From contig OY970399.1 of NCBI GenBank assembly GCA_963720545.1, positions 4,025,373 through 4,089,372 on the forward strand: 64,000 nucleotides of DNA. Direction: 5' to 3'. Shown piece after piece: positions 12,843-22,358 of the stretch. This stretch comes from an uncultured Acidobacteriota bacterium (GTDB taxonomy: Bacteria > Acidobacteriota > Vicinamibacteria > Fen-336). Under the pieces are notes generated by a model. It saw only the letters and a list, made by a program, of their open reading frames with translations. It did no database searches and was not told the DNA's origin. The translations under genes and the position numbers were made by a program. Every line of letters begins with the position of its first letter. The first letter of the stretch is position 1.

Positions 12843-14492
12843 CTAGCGGGGGTAGATGGTGAGGAGCGTTCCCGCTGCGATGCGGGTGCCCTTGATGTTG
12901 TTCCAGTCCTTGATGCGGGCGACGCTGGTGCCGTACTGCGAGGCGATGCTCGTGAGCGTGTCGCCAGGCTTGATGCGGTAGCGGACCGCGCGGCCCTCGT
13001 CCGAAGCATTCGCCGCCGAAGCAGACGCGGTCGAGGTACGGCGCGAAGTGGGCACCGCGCGCGCCACGCGGGTGGTGCCGGGAATGACGAGGTCGGTGCC
13101 GGCGCGCAGGCGCGTGCGGCTCGAGATGCCGTTGGCGGCCGCCAGCTCGCGCGTCGAGGTGCCGTAGCGGCGCGCGATGCTTGCGAGCGTCTGGCCGCGG
13201 GTCACCTCGTGGGTGCGCAGCTGCACGCGCCGGTGGCTGGGCGCCGAGGCGATGCAGTCGCCGACGGCGGAAGTGGTGCCCGCCGGCACGCGCACGTCGT
13301 AGGTGCGGCTGGACGGCGTCAGCATCCGGCGCAGTTCCGGGTTGAGCCCGCGCACCGTGTCGAGGTCGCTGTCGGCGCAGTCGGCGATGAAGCGCAGCTC
13401 GTACGAGCCGTCCACCGACACCGTCTCGAAAGCCGGCAGCGGCTGCGGTTCGAAGTTGAAGCCGTAGCGCTCGGGCGACTTGCCGATGAGGATGGCGGCC
13501 TGGATGAGCGGCACGTAGTTGCGGGTCTCGGAACGCAGCGCACGGCCGCTGGTAAGCGACCAGTAGTCGCTGGTGCCGGTCTTCGCCATTGCCCGCAGCA
13601 CGCGGCCCTCACCGGCGTTGTAGCCCGCGAGCGCCAGGTTCCAGTCGCCGAAGATGCCGTAGAGAGTCTTCAGGTACTTCGCCGCCGCCTCGGTCGCCTT
13701 GAACGGGTCGCTGCGCTCGTCCACCCAGTAGTCCTGCTTCAGGCCGTACATCCGCCCGGTGCCGGCGATGAACTGCCAGACGCCCTTCGCCTTGGCGCGC
13801 GACAGGGCGCTCGGGTGGAAGGCGCTCTCGACGAGCGCCACGTACGCGAGGTCCTGCGGAATGCCGTTCTCCCGGAACACCGACTGGATGTGCGGGATGT
13901 AGGGTGCGCCGCGGGTGAGGGCGGCCTGCATCCACTCCTTGAGCCGTCCCTGGTAAAGGCCGATGCTGGCGTAGACGCGCTCGTTGAGCTGCACGGGGAA
14001 GTCTGAGGGGGTATCGGCCAGTTCATCCTGGGCCGCACGGCGCGTCGCCTCGTCGGTGCCGCCCTCGGGCAGGGGCATCTGGCCCACTTCGTCGATGGCG
14101 GCCGGCTCGGTGCCCTCTTCCTGGGCGCTGTCGTTGTCGGCCACGGCCACTTCCTGCTCGTGGATGGCCTCGACGGTGCGGCGGAACGATTCGGCGAGGC
14201 GCTGGTCGCTGAGGGCGCCGCCGGGGAAGGCGAGATAAAGGTCGGTCGCAGCGTCGAACTCGGACCGGGCCTCTTCCATCTGGCCCTCTTTCGACAGGTC
14301 CATGCCGTTCGCGAGGTGGCGGTCGGCCTCCGCGATGAGGGCTTCGATGCGGCTGGCGGCGGCGACGGCGGGCGCGGGCGCCTTGGGCGCGGTGGGGCTC
14401 GTCCTGGCGAGCTTTTGCGACCCCCCGCAGCCGGCCAGGAGAATCGCGACGGCTACTGCGGTTCCCCTTACCGCCATCTTGTTCATTTGCAT
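12843..14492 (-). CDS. mltD: MltD-like lytic transglycosylase lipoprotein with LysM domains
   Basis: Lipobox LAGC; SLT motifs VESAF, GVWQF, YNAG, ETRNYV; two clear C-terminal LysM repeats. Confidence 0.88.
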   Translation of the reverse strand: MQMNKMAVRGTAVAVAILLAGCGGSQKLARTSPTAPKAPAPAVAAASRIEALIAEADRHLANGMDLSKEGQMEEARSEFDAATDLYLAFPGGALSDQRLAESFRRTVEAIHEQEVAVADNDSAQEEGTEPAAIDEVGQMPLPEGGTDEATRRAAQDELADTPSDFPVQLNERVYASIGLYQGRLKEWMQAALTRGAPYIPHIQSVFRENGIPQDLAYVALVESAFHPSALSRAKAKGVWQFIAGTGRMYGLKQDYWVDERSDPFKATEAAAKYLKTLYGIFGDWNLALAGYNAGEGRVLRAMAKTGTSDYWSLTSGRALRSETRNYVPLIQAAILIGKSPERYGFNFEPQPLPAFETVSVDGSYELRFIADCADSDLDTVRGLNPELRRMLTPSSRTYDVRVPAGTTSAVGDCIASAPSHRRVQLRTHEVTRGQTLASIARRYGTSTRELAAANGISSRTRLRAGTDLVIPGTTRVARAVPTSRRTSTASASAANASDEGRAVRYRIKPGDTLTSIASQYGTSVARIKDWNNIKGTRIAAGTLLTIYPR

Positions 14493-14541
14493 GTAGTTAC
14501 GCCCTCCGCTGCAACGAATGGTGAACTATATCACAGCGAAA

Positions 14542-16116
14542 TCACCCCAAATCCACCCCTTTTTCGTCAAACAACACACGCTTGCCGGAAGCGGCGTCGC
14601 GTGCTGCCGGGGTGATGATGGCTCTCGACCCTACATGCAGGGTGCGGCCAGCCCGAAGTGCCTGGCGCACATCGTCTTCGCTGACGAAATCGAGGAGCGG
14701 CCGGGCGGGGGGCGGGGCGGGAGGGGCCTTGGCTGTCGTGGCGCCGCCGCCCGCGCCCTGGTCACGGTCCTTGGCAAAGGCCAGGCGCTTCACGTTCAGG
14801 AGATGCAACGGCGTGATGTTGTCCGAGGTGATGTTGCCGGCGTGGGCGCCGCAGCCGAGGCTCATGGCCGGCGGCAGCGCGGTGGTGTAACCCGTCGCGC
14901 CCATGGAGGTCTGGGTGTTGGCGACGATGCGCGACGCCGGCATGGCGGCCGCGAAGTCGCGGGCGATGGCCGGATCGCTGCAATGAATGCCGCTGGTGTG
15001 GCCGGTGCCGCCGAAGCGCAGCAGCTGGACGCAGCGCTCGACTCCTTCGCGCCAGTCGCGTACCACGTAGAAAGCGAGCACCGGGCAGAGCTTCTCGATC
15101 GAGAGCGGGTGGTCGCGGCCGACGCCCTGGAGGCGGGCCACGAGCAGGCGCGTGCCGGCAGACACCTCGATTCCGGCGCGGGCGGCGATGAAGGCTGCCG
15201 GCTTGCCGACGATTTCCGGGTTGGCGAGGCGCTGGGCGGTCACCACCACGCGCGCGACGGCCGCCGCTTCCTGCTCGTTCAGGATATGGGCGCCGCAGCG
15301 GCGCAGCTCGGCGAGCGCCTGTTCGGCTACCGCCTGGTCGCAGACGAGCGCCTGCTCCGAAGAGCACAGCGTGCCGTAGTCGAAGGTCTTGCCGGCGACG
15401 ACCTGCGCAACCGCCGCGGCCGTGTCGGCGGAGCGGTCGAGGTAGACGGGCACGTTGCCCGGACCAACGCCATACGCCGGCCGGCCCGAGGAATAGGCCG
15501 CGCGCACCAGGCCGGTGCCGCCGGTCGCCAGGATGACCCCGGTGAGCCGCGACTTCATCAGCTCCTGCGTGCCCTCGAGGCTCACCGTGTCCATGCAGAC
15601 GAGCCCACCTTCCGGCAGGCCGGCGCGGGTGCCGGCTTCGGCCATGATCCGCACCGTTTCCATCACGCAACGGGTTGCCGAAGGATGCGGGCTCATCACC
15701 AGCGAGTCGCCGGCCTTCACGGCGATGAGCGCCTTGTAGATGGCGGTCGAGGTGGGGTTGGTGCACGGCACGATCGCGGCCACGACGCCCATCGGCTCCG
15801 CGATCTCGACGATGCGGTTTTCCTGGTCCTCGCGCAGGATGCCCACGGTGCGCATCGGCTTGATGTAGTCGTGGACAGTGACCGCCGCGAAGCGGTTCTT
15901 GACGGTCTTGTCGGCGACGTTGCCGAAGGTGCTCTCCTCCTGCGCCAGGCGCGCGAGCGGCTCGGCATGGGGCGCCACCGCCTCGGCCATGGCGGCTACG
16001 ATCGCGTCGATCCGCTCCTGCGAAAAAGCGGCCATCAGGCGCTGCGCGGCATGCGCGCCGGCGACCAGGACGCGCGCCTGCTGGACCGAGCGAAGGTCCT
16101 GATCGTTCAAGGACAT
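14542..16116 (-). CDS. Acylating (CoA-dependent) aldehyde dehydrogenase, EutE/AdhE-N family
   Basis: [19 protein letters not shown], catalytic CSSEQ, EKLCP, GHTSGIH. Confidence 0.9.
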   Translation of the reverse strand: MSLNDQDLRSVQQARVLVAGAHAAQRLMAAFSQERIDAIVAAMAEAVAPHAEPLARLAQEESTFGNVADKTVKNRFAAVTVHDYIKPMRTVGILREDQENRIVEIAEPMGVVAAIVPCTNPTSTAIYKALIAVKAGDSLVMSPHPSATRCVMETVRIMAEAGTRAGLPEGGLVCMDTVSLEGTQELMKSRLTGVILATGGTGLVRAAYSSGRPAYGVGPGNVPVYLDRSADTAAAVAQVVAGKTFDYGTLCSSEQALVCDQAVAEQALAELRRCGAHILNEQEAAAVARVVVTAQRLANPEIVGKPAAFIAARAGIEVSAGTRLLVARLQGVGRDHPLSIEKLCPVLAFYVVRDWREGVERCVQLLRFGGTGHTSGIHCSDPAIARDFAAAMPASRIVANTQTSMGATGYTTALPPAMSLGCGAHAGNITSDNITPLHLLNVKRLAFAKDRDQGAGGGATTAKAPPAPPPARPLLDFVSEDDVRQALRAGRTLHVGSRAIITPAARDAASGKRVLFDEKGVDLG

Positions 16117-16208
16117 AAGCGGGAGTGAGGGACTATAACATCGCCCCCAATGTTAAGATTCCAAAGGTTTCTCGCGTTATTCTTTTCAATCAATTGAGAG
16201 GTAAGTCG

Positions 16209-17240
16209 ATGAAGGTTGGTCGCAGGTTCGCCGCACCGCTCGCCGTTTCAGCCCTCGCCCTGGCCGCCGCGGGCTGTGGCAAAGGCTGCAGCCGTGCGAA
16301 GGAAGTCAACGACCTTTCGGTCAGCGTCACCGCCAACCGGCCGCAGGTGCCGATCGAAAGCGCCCTCGAAGTCACCTACACGTGGACCACAGGTCCCGCG
16401 TTCAAGAAGCTCGACAAGGACTATCGGGCGCTCGTGCACTTCAACGACCCGAAGGGCAACCTGTTGTTCGCTGCCGACCACTTGCCGAACCCCACGACGA
16501 AGGATTGGGAACCGGGCAAGACCTACAGCTACACGCGCACCGTGTTCGTGCCGACCTTCCCCTACATCGGGCCGGTCGACATCCGCCTCGGCCTCTATCC
16601 CGAAGGCAAGGGCGAGCGCGTCGCTCTGCAGGGGGAGGACGTCGGCCTGCGTGAATACAAGGCCGGGCGCCTCGAGTTCCTCGACCGCACCAAGAACATC
16701 TTCCTCGTCTACAAGGACGGCTGGCACAGCCCCGAGACCTCGCCCGACAACCCGAGCCTGGAGCGCACCTGGACCGAGAAGGATGCGCTCGTCTCGATGA
16801 AGAACCCGAAGAAGGACATCGTCATCTACATCGAGGCCGACACCAACACCAAGGCGTTCACCAAACCGCCGACGCTGACGGTCTCGGTCAACAACAAGTT
16901 CGGCGCGATCATCCCGGTGGAGAACTCCGAGGTGTTCCTGAAGAAGGTGCGCGTCAAGGGCGAAGACCTCGGCACCGACGAGTGGGTGGACCTGCGGCTC
17001 ACCATGAGCGAGGGCTTCGTGCCCAAGGCGCTCGGCTACAACAGCGACGACCGCGAACTGGGCCTGCTGGTCTATCACCTGCACGTGGCCGAGGCCGACA
17101 AGCTCGGCGACCTGGCGAACCTCGGCGTGCTCGAAGCGGGCCCGGTCACCATCGCGCCGCGCGTGGCGCCGGCAGCCGCCGCCGCGGCGGCCACGCCGCC
17201 CATGGCCATGGCCATGAAGGCGAAGCCGAAGACCAACTAG
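16209..17240 (+). CDS. Hypothetical lipoprotein
   Basis: Signal peptide with AAGC; strongly biased GC3 codon usage; beta-rich. Confidence 0.75.
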   Translation: MKVGRRFAAPLAVSALALAAAGCGKGCSRAKEVNDLSVSVTANRPQVPIESALEVTYTWTTGPAFKKLDKDYRALVHFNDPKGNLLFAADHLPNPTTKDWEPGKTYSYTRTVFVPTFPYIGPVDIRLGLYPEGKGERVALQGEDVGLREYKAGRLEFLDRTKNIFLVYKDGWHSPETSPDNPSLERTWTEKDALVSMKNPKKDIVIYIEADTNTKAFTKPPTLTVSVNNKFGAIIPVENSEVFLKKVRVKGEDLGTDEWVDLRLTMSEGFVPKALGYNSDDRELGLLVYHLHVAEADKLGDLANLGVLEAGPVTIAPRVAPAAAAAAATPPMAMAMKAKPKTN

Positions 17241-18280
17241 CCTTTAGCCTTCAGCTCCAGGACCGCGTGCAGCACCACGCGGTCCGTGCGTTTGCCGGCC
17301 GGCAGCCGCACCTCGATGCCGGTAGGCGAAGTCACGGGGCCCGCGGGCCCGTCGATGACGATCGAAAGACGCAGGCCCGCCCCCGCAACCAGCAGCGCCT
17401 GCGGCACGTCGATCACCGCGCGGCGCCGGACCTCGAGCCGGCCGTCGTCGCCGCTGTTCGCGAGTGCCTCGTCGAGGCGCGCTTCGGCGCGGATCGACAG
17501 CGGCGCCGTCGTCATCATGGCAACGCCGAGCGCGGCGGCGCGCATCGCTTCCAACTCCCGGTTCACGTCGAGCTGGGTGCGGGTCGTGACCGGCTTCAGC
17601 GTCGTGCTGCTCTCGCTGGCCTCGGCGAACTCCAGCGGCGCGGCGCCAGCCGGGATCGGGATCGTGGGCGGCGGCAGGTCGTCGTCCGGGGCCGCCATCT
17701 TCTCGTGGATCTTCTGCAGCGCCAGCTTGGAGATCGCCTTCAGCGTCTCGAAGACGCCGAGCCCATGGAGCGCCGCCGCCTCGAAGTAGCTGCGGCCCGA
17801 GCGGTTCAGGGTCTCCTGCAGGTTCTCGATCGGCACCGTCGTCCGCAGGTCGCGCTTGTTGTACTGGAACACCAGCGGCACCGAGTCGAGCGTCATGCCC
17901 ATCTCGCGCAGGTTGTCCTCGAGGCTGCGCAGCGATTCGACGTTCGCGTCGCGCGCGGCCTCCTGCGAGTCGGCGACGAACACGATGCCGTCCACCCCGC
18001 GCAGCACCAGCTTGCGGGTGGCGTTGTAGAACACCTGGCCGGGCACCGTGTAGAGCTGGATGCGCACCCGCATGCCGCCGATGTTGCCCACCTCGAGCGG
18101 CAGCAGGTCGAAAAACAGCGTTCGGTCGGTGTCGGTCTCGAGGCTCACCATCTCGCCGCGCGACACCTGCGCCGTCTTCTTGTGGATGTGGAGGAGGTTG
18201 GTGGTCTTGCCGCAGAGCCCGGGACCGTAGTACACGATCTTGGCGGACGCCTGCATCGTCGTGTAATTGAAGAACACCAT
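17237..18280 (-). CDS. mglA: MglA-like small GTPase with C-terminal extension
   Basis: KIVYYGPGLCGKTTNL, TLFFDLLP, TVPGQ, GVDGIVFVADS, NKRD. Confidence 0.85.
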   Translation of the reverse strand: MVFFNYTTMQASAKIVYYGPGLCGKTTNLLHIHKKTAQVSRGEMVSLETDTDRTLFFDLLPLEVGNIGGMRVRIQLYTVPGQVFYNATRKLVLRGVDGIVFVADSQEAARDANVESLRSLEDNLREMGMTLDSVPLVFQYNKRDLRTTVPIENLQETLNRSGRSYFEAAALHGLGVFETLKAISKLALQKIHEKMAAPDDDLPPPTIPIPAGAAPLEFAEASESSTTLKPVTTRTQLDVNRELEAMRAAALGVAMMTTAPLSIRAEARLDEALANSGDDGRLEVRRRAVIDVPQALLVAGAGLRLSIVIDGPAGPVTSPTGIEVRLPAGKRTDRVVLHAVLELKAKG

Positions 18281-18354
18281 TTGGGTTGTAGGCGGAGTGT
18301 AGCGCGGCTGCTCGCGCTTTGGCGAAGGCGGTGTGAGCCGCGTTATGCGGCGGT

Positions 18355-18837
18355 CTAGAAGCTGACGCCGGCGCCGATCGAGAAGCGGCCGTCGAGCTTG
18401 ATCGGCGGGTTGCCCGAGAGGCTCAGCCGCCGGTACTCCGCCTTCAGCACCAGGATGCTCGCGGTCTTCACCTTGACGCCGCCGAACACCGCGGTGAGGA
18501 AGCCGTTGTCGGTGATGCCGCCCGGCACGCTCTGGCGGAAGACGCCGGCGCCCGCGCCGGCGTAGGGCTGGATCATGCCGGTGGGCGGCGCCACCACGGC
18601 GCTCGCGGTGAAGGCGGTCATGGCGGTGTCGAGCGACTCGCCGCTGACGCGCGAGGCCTCGCCCTCGAAGCTCACCACCGGCACCAGGCTCGAGGTGAGC
18701 GCGACGCCGTAGGCGCGGCCCCAGTTCTCGCCGGGACGCGGCGCGCCGACGAACACGGTCAGGTCGCCCGCGGTCGTGTCCTGGATGTAGCCGAGGCATA
18801 AGGCCGCGGTCAGGATCGCGATTGCTCCCTTGCGCAT
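18355..18837 (-). CDS. Small outer-membrane beta-barrel protein
   Basis: Signal peptide, PYAGAGAG strand, terminal aromatic residue (GVSF). Confidence 0.7.
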   Translation of the reverse strand: MRKGAIAILTAALCLGYIQDTTAGDLTVFVGAPRPGENWGRAYGVALTSSLVPVVSFEGEASRVSGESLDTAMTAFTASAVVAPPTGMIQPYAGAGAGVFRQSVPGGITDNGFLTAVFGGVKVKTASILVLKAEYRRLSLSGNPPIKLDGRFSIGAGVSF

Positions 18838-18858
18838 GTCTTCGAACCTACACCAGTC

Positions 18859-19098
18859 CTAGTCGATGGCGACGCGGCGGCCGCTGCGCTTTGTGCGCGC
18901 CGCCGCTCGCGGCGTTCGGCCGGCTTCCGCCTGGGCCGCTCGTTCCATCCGTTCCAGCTGCCAGCGGCACATCATGACGATGCCTTCGAGCACCTGCTTG
19001 CGCAGCGCCTGCAGCTTGTCCCTGTCGATGCCGGCATCTTCGAGCAGCTCCGACAGGACGCAGCACGCCTTGGTGCTGTTGCCTCGCCTCGCAGCCAT
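18859..19098 (-). CDS. Small helical hypothetical protein (79 aa), coupled to the ArsA-Hsp20 gene
   Basis: ATG overlaps the upstream TGA (TGATG) with GGAGG upstream; MAARRGNSTKACC...RRVAID. Confidence 0.7.
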   Translation of the reverse strand: MAARRGNSTKACCVLSELLEDAGIDRDKLQALRKQVLEGIVMMCRWQLERMERAAQAEAGRTPRAAARTKRSGRRVAID

Positions 19099-20276
19099 CA
19101 AGCCTCCTTGCCCCCGAACCGCACTCTGAGCACCTGGTCGACGAGCGCCGCGCTCGTCACCGTGCGGCCCGCGATCGAGCGGGGCAGGGTCACGTGGCGG
19201 CGCTGGTTGTCCACCTGCACCACCAGGTCGTCGGCCTTGGTGAACACGCTGAGCCGGTCTTTCTGCGCGAACGGCAGATGGATTGCCATCACGTAGGTGC
19301 CGCGCTCCTTCCTGATCTCGATTGGCCGGCCCTTGAAGAAAGATTGCGACGGGTCGCGCTTGCCGAACACGGCCTTCGCCATCTCGTCGAGGTTCGCAAC
19401 GCCGACCATCTCGCGATCGAAGAGGCGCGACTCGAAGAACGGCACCGGCTCGAACGACTCGCGCGCCTCGCTGAGGTAGCCCTTCTGGATGTCGAACCAG
19501 CGGTCGAAGTAGGGCGAGCGCGCCTCCTCCGGCAGGATGCGGTTCGCGACCACGGCGTCGACCGGAAAGCCGAACAGGCTGAGGTAGGTGTAGAGGCGCT
19601 GCGATTCCTTGATGACCATGCCCTCGGGGTTGAGGACGATGCGGATCGAGCTCGTCTCGGGATCCTGCAGCATCGGCCCCATGCCCTCGAGCTGCTGGTA
19701 GAGCGCCGCCACCGCGCCGAACACGTCGTCGGTGGGGATCGGCATGTCGGTCATGCGCTGCGCCACTGGCCGCACCGAGCGCACCACCGTGCGCTGGATG
19801 GGGAAGATGCGCGTGAAATAGAAGTTGAGGATGTCGGGGACGCCGAGCAGGCGGATGGTTTCGCCGGTGGGCGCGCAGTCGACGATGATGACGTCGTAGC
19901 GGCCGCTGGTCGCGAAGGCGCGTACCCGCAGCAGGCTGAACAGCTCCTCCATCCCCGGCAGGATCGCCATCTCCTCGGCGACCGCGTCGGCGATGCCGCG
20001 GAAGGTCATGAAGCGGGTGAGCCACTCGTGGATGGTGCCCCAGCGCTTCGCCAGCTCCTCGTTGACGTCGATCTCGACCGCGTCGAGCCGCTCCTCGACT
20101 TTCACCGGTTCGGCGCCGAGCGCCACGCCGAGGGCGTCGGCCAGGCTGTGGGCCGCATCGGTCGAGACCACGAGGGTGCGGTGGCCGAGACGCGCGGAGC
20201 GCACGGCGGTGGCGGCCGACAAGGTGGTCTTGCCGACGCCGCCCTTGCCGGAATAGAGGATGACCCTCATCGTCAT
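19098..20276 (-). CDS. ArsA/Get3 family ATPase with C-terminal Hsp20/alpha-crystallin-like domain
   Basis: GKGGVGKTT, STDAAHSL, DCAPTG, VANR; C-terminal beta segment LVVQVDNQRRHVTLPRS. Confidence 0.9.
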   Translation of the reverse strand: MTMRVILYSGKGGVGKTTLSAATAVRSARLGHRTLVVSTDAAHSLADALGVALGAEPVKVEERLDAVEIDVNEELAKRWGTIHEWLTRFMTFRGIADAVAEEMAILPGMEELFSLLRVRAFATSGRYDVIIVDCAPTGETIRLLGVPDILNFYFTRIFPIQRTVVRSVRPVAQRMTDMPIPTDDVFGAVAALYQQLEGMGPMLQDPETSSIRIVLNPEGMVIKESQRLYTYLSLFGFPVDAVVANRILPEEARSPYFDRWFDIQKGYLSEARESFEPVPFFESRLFDREMVGVANLDEMAKAVFGKRDPSQSFFKGRPIEIRKERGTYVMAIHLPFAQKDRLSVFTKADDLVVQVDNQRRHVTLPRSIAGRTVTSAALVDQVLRVRFGGKEA

Positions 20277-21403
20277 CGTCGGCGCTCCGCCGGGAACATC
20301 TCGCGCGCCAGTGCGTCGAGCCCGCGCAGGTCGTGGATGTCGGTGTCGCCTTCCGCCACCGCCACCACCCGGCCGCCGCCCTCGGCCGACAGACGCGCGA
20401 GCGTCTTGCGGGCGCCCTTTGCGAGCGCCTGTTCGTCGCGGAAGGCAGCGGCGAGCCGCGCGCGCAGGTCTGTGGGGAGAACCGCGGCCGCCGTGCCCCG
20501 GCCGCGCGCGGCGCCGCTCGCGGGGTCCTGGTGGACGCGGTTGGCGACGAACGTCACGAAGGGCATCTTTTTTTCCCGCAGGCGCTCGTGAAAGTAGAGC
20601 GCCTCCATGAGCGCCGCCGGCGAGGGGCCGCAAACCACCACGAACCCCGACTGCGGGTCGCGCAGCAGCGCGAACACGCGCGCGGCTCTTTCCTTGAATC
20701 CATCGTACATGCCCTCGAACGCCAGGAAGAACTCGGACAGCTCCTGCAGGAAGGCGAGGCCGATGGCACGGTCGGCGAGCCGCAGCGCCATGGCTCCGGT
20801 GCGCGTCGCCACCTTGAAGGTGAGCTTGCCGGCGACGAAGTAGGGGCGCAGGAAGAAGCGCAGGATGCCGGTATCGAGGAACGACAGCATGCGGTCGGGC
20901 GCCTCGAGGAAGTCGAGCGCATGCCGCGTCGGCGGCGTGTCGAGCACGATCAGGTCGAAGCGCTTCTCGGCGCGCAGGGCGAGGAGCCGTTCCATGGCCA
21001 TGTACTCCTGGCTGCCGCCGAGCGCCGAGGACACCTCGACGTAGAAACGGTTCCGCAGGATGCGGTCGCGCGCCGCGGCATCGGGTGCGTGGCGCGAGAC
21101 CACCTCGTCGAAAGTCCGGCGGGTGTCGAGCGCCATCGCATGGAGCGATCCCTTCGCGCCGAAGCCGCCGAGGTCGAGGCGCCGGGGCGCACCCTCGAGC
21201 CGGTCGAGGCCGAGGCTCGTCGCGAGTCGCCGCGACGGGTCGATGGTGCAGACGAGCACCGTGCGCCCCAGGCGAGCCGCCTGCAGCGCGAGCGAAGCGG
21301 CTAGTGTGGTCTTGCCGACGCCGCCGGCGCCGCACACGACGAGCACCTTGCGCGCGTCGAGCGCAGCGGCCAGCGCGGTGCGCCCGGAACCGGTGCCGCT
21401 CAC
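20273..21403 (-). CDS. ArsA/Get3 family ATPase, Rv3680/BagB-like
   Basis: CGAGGVGKTT, TIDPSRRLA, QEYMAME, LDTPP..ALDFLEAP. Confidence 0.88.
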   Translation of the reverse strand: MSGTGSGRTALAAALDARKVLVVCGAGGVGKTTLAASLALQAARLGRTVLVCTIDPSRRLATSLGLDRLEGAPRRLDLGGFGAKGSLHAMALDTRRTFDEVVSRHAPDAAARDRILRNRFYVEVSSALGGSQEYMAMERLLALRAEKRFDLIVLDTPPTRHALDFLEAPDRMLSFLDTGILRFFLRPYFVAGKLTFKVATRTGAMALRLADRAIGLAFLQELSEFFLAFEGMYDGFKERAARVFALLRDPQSGFVVVCGPSPAALMEALYFHERLREKKMPFVTFVANRVHQDPASGAARGRGTAAAVLPTDLRARLAAAFRDEQALAKGARKTLARLSAEGGGRVVAVAEGDTDIHDLRGLDALAREMFPAERRR

Positions 21404-22332
21404 AGCCCGCCCTGTTCCGACAAGCGGTCGGCGAGCGCCTCGAGCTGCGCGCGTCGCGACGGCATCTCATAGAGGTAGGGCAGGCGCAGGACGTCGTCGA
21501 AGGCGGCGCGCAGCCGCTTGTCGTAGAACTGCGTGAGGCGCCGCCGCCTGATGTTGTGGCGGGCGGCGCGCAAGGCGCCTCGAAGGGGCACGCCGGGAGC
21601 GACGCTGCCACCAGCGCCGGCGGCGAACAGCGCCAGCACTTCCTTTTCCTGGGCGGCCGTGAAGCGCCGCTCGTGGCAGGCGTTGAGGAACAGGCCCGCC
21701 GTTTCGATCCGCAGGTCCGCCGAGAGGTCGCGCGCGAGCTGCACCGCTTCCACCGCCGCCATCTCTTCGGGGATCGCGACCAGGGCTGTTGCGGTCCGCT
21801 TGCGGTCGCGCAGCAGCTCCAGGATGCGGCGCGCATTGCTGCCGATGGGGCCGAGGGGCGCCACGCGCAGCGCGGCCTGCGGCGCCTTCAGCAGGTACAG
21901 ACCATGGCCGGTGGCCGGCGCATCGAGCACGACGAGGTCGTAGCGCGGCTGCAGCGTCATGATCTTGCCGAGCGTCATCAGGTCGTCGAGGCCGGGGGCC
22001 GCGGCGAAGAAGCGCCGGTAGATCGGGCTGGCCAGGATGCGCCGCGAGAACATCGAGAACTTCACCACGTGGCGCACGTAATCGTCGAGCGCCTCTTCGG
22101 GATCGATGTTCATTGCGAAGATCGACGGCGCCACCTCGATTTCGCGGTGTCCGACGGGCGGCGCGTCGAAGTAACGCGCCAGCTCCACGGGCGCGTCGAC
22201 CTCGGCGAGCAGCGTGCGCTTGCCGCGGCGCGCGGCGAGCACCCCGAGGAGGCTCGCCACCAGGCTCTTGCCGACTCCGCCCTTGCCGGTGAGGATGACG
22301 AGTCGCTTCTCGAGCAGGGCGTCAAGGTTCAC
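21400..22332 (-). CDS. ArsA/Get3 family ATPase, Rv3679/BagA-like
   Basis: TGKGGVGKS, AAPGL, DAPATGH, PEEM. Confidence 0.88.
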   Translation of the reverse strand: MNLDALLEKRLVILTGKGGVGKSLVASLLGVLAARRGKRTLLAEVDAPVELARYFDAPPVGHREIEVAPSIFAMNIDPEEALDDYVRHVVKFSMFSRRILASPIYRRFFAAAPGLDDLMTLGKIMTLQPRYDLVVLDAPATGHGLYLLKAPQAALRVAPLGPIGSNARRILELLRDRKRTATALVAIPEEMAAVEAVQLARDLSADLRIETAGLFLNACHERRFTAAQEKEVLALFAAGAGGSVAPGVPLRGALRAARHNIRRRRLTQFYDKRLRAAFDDVLRLPYLYEMPSRRAQLEALADRLSEQGGL

Positions 22333-22358
22333 GGACGGAAAGGATAACGTGTGGGCTC

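Noticed and set aside
19098..22332. Arsenic resistance operon
   Set aside because: No arsB, acr3, arsC or arsR; single-domain ATPases that match Get3/BagAB-like types
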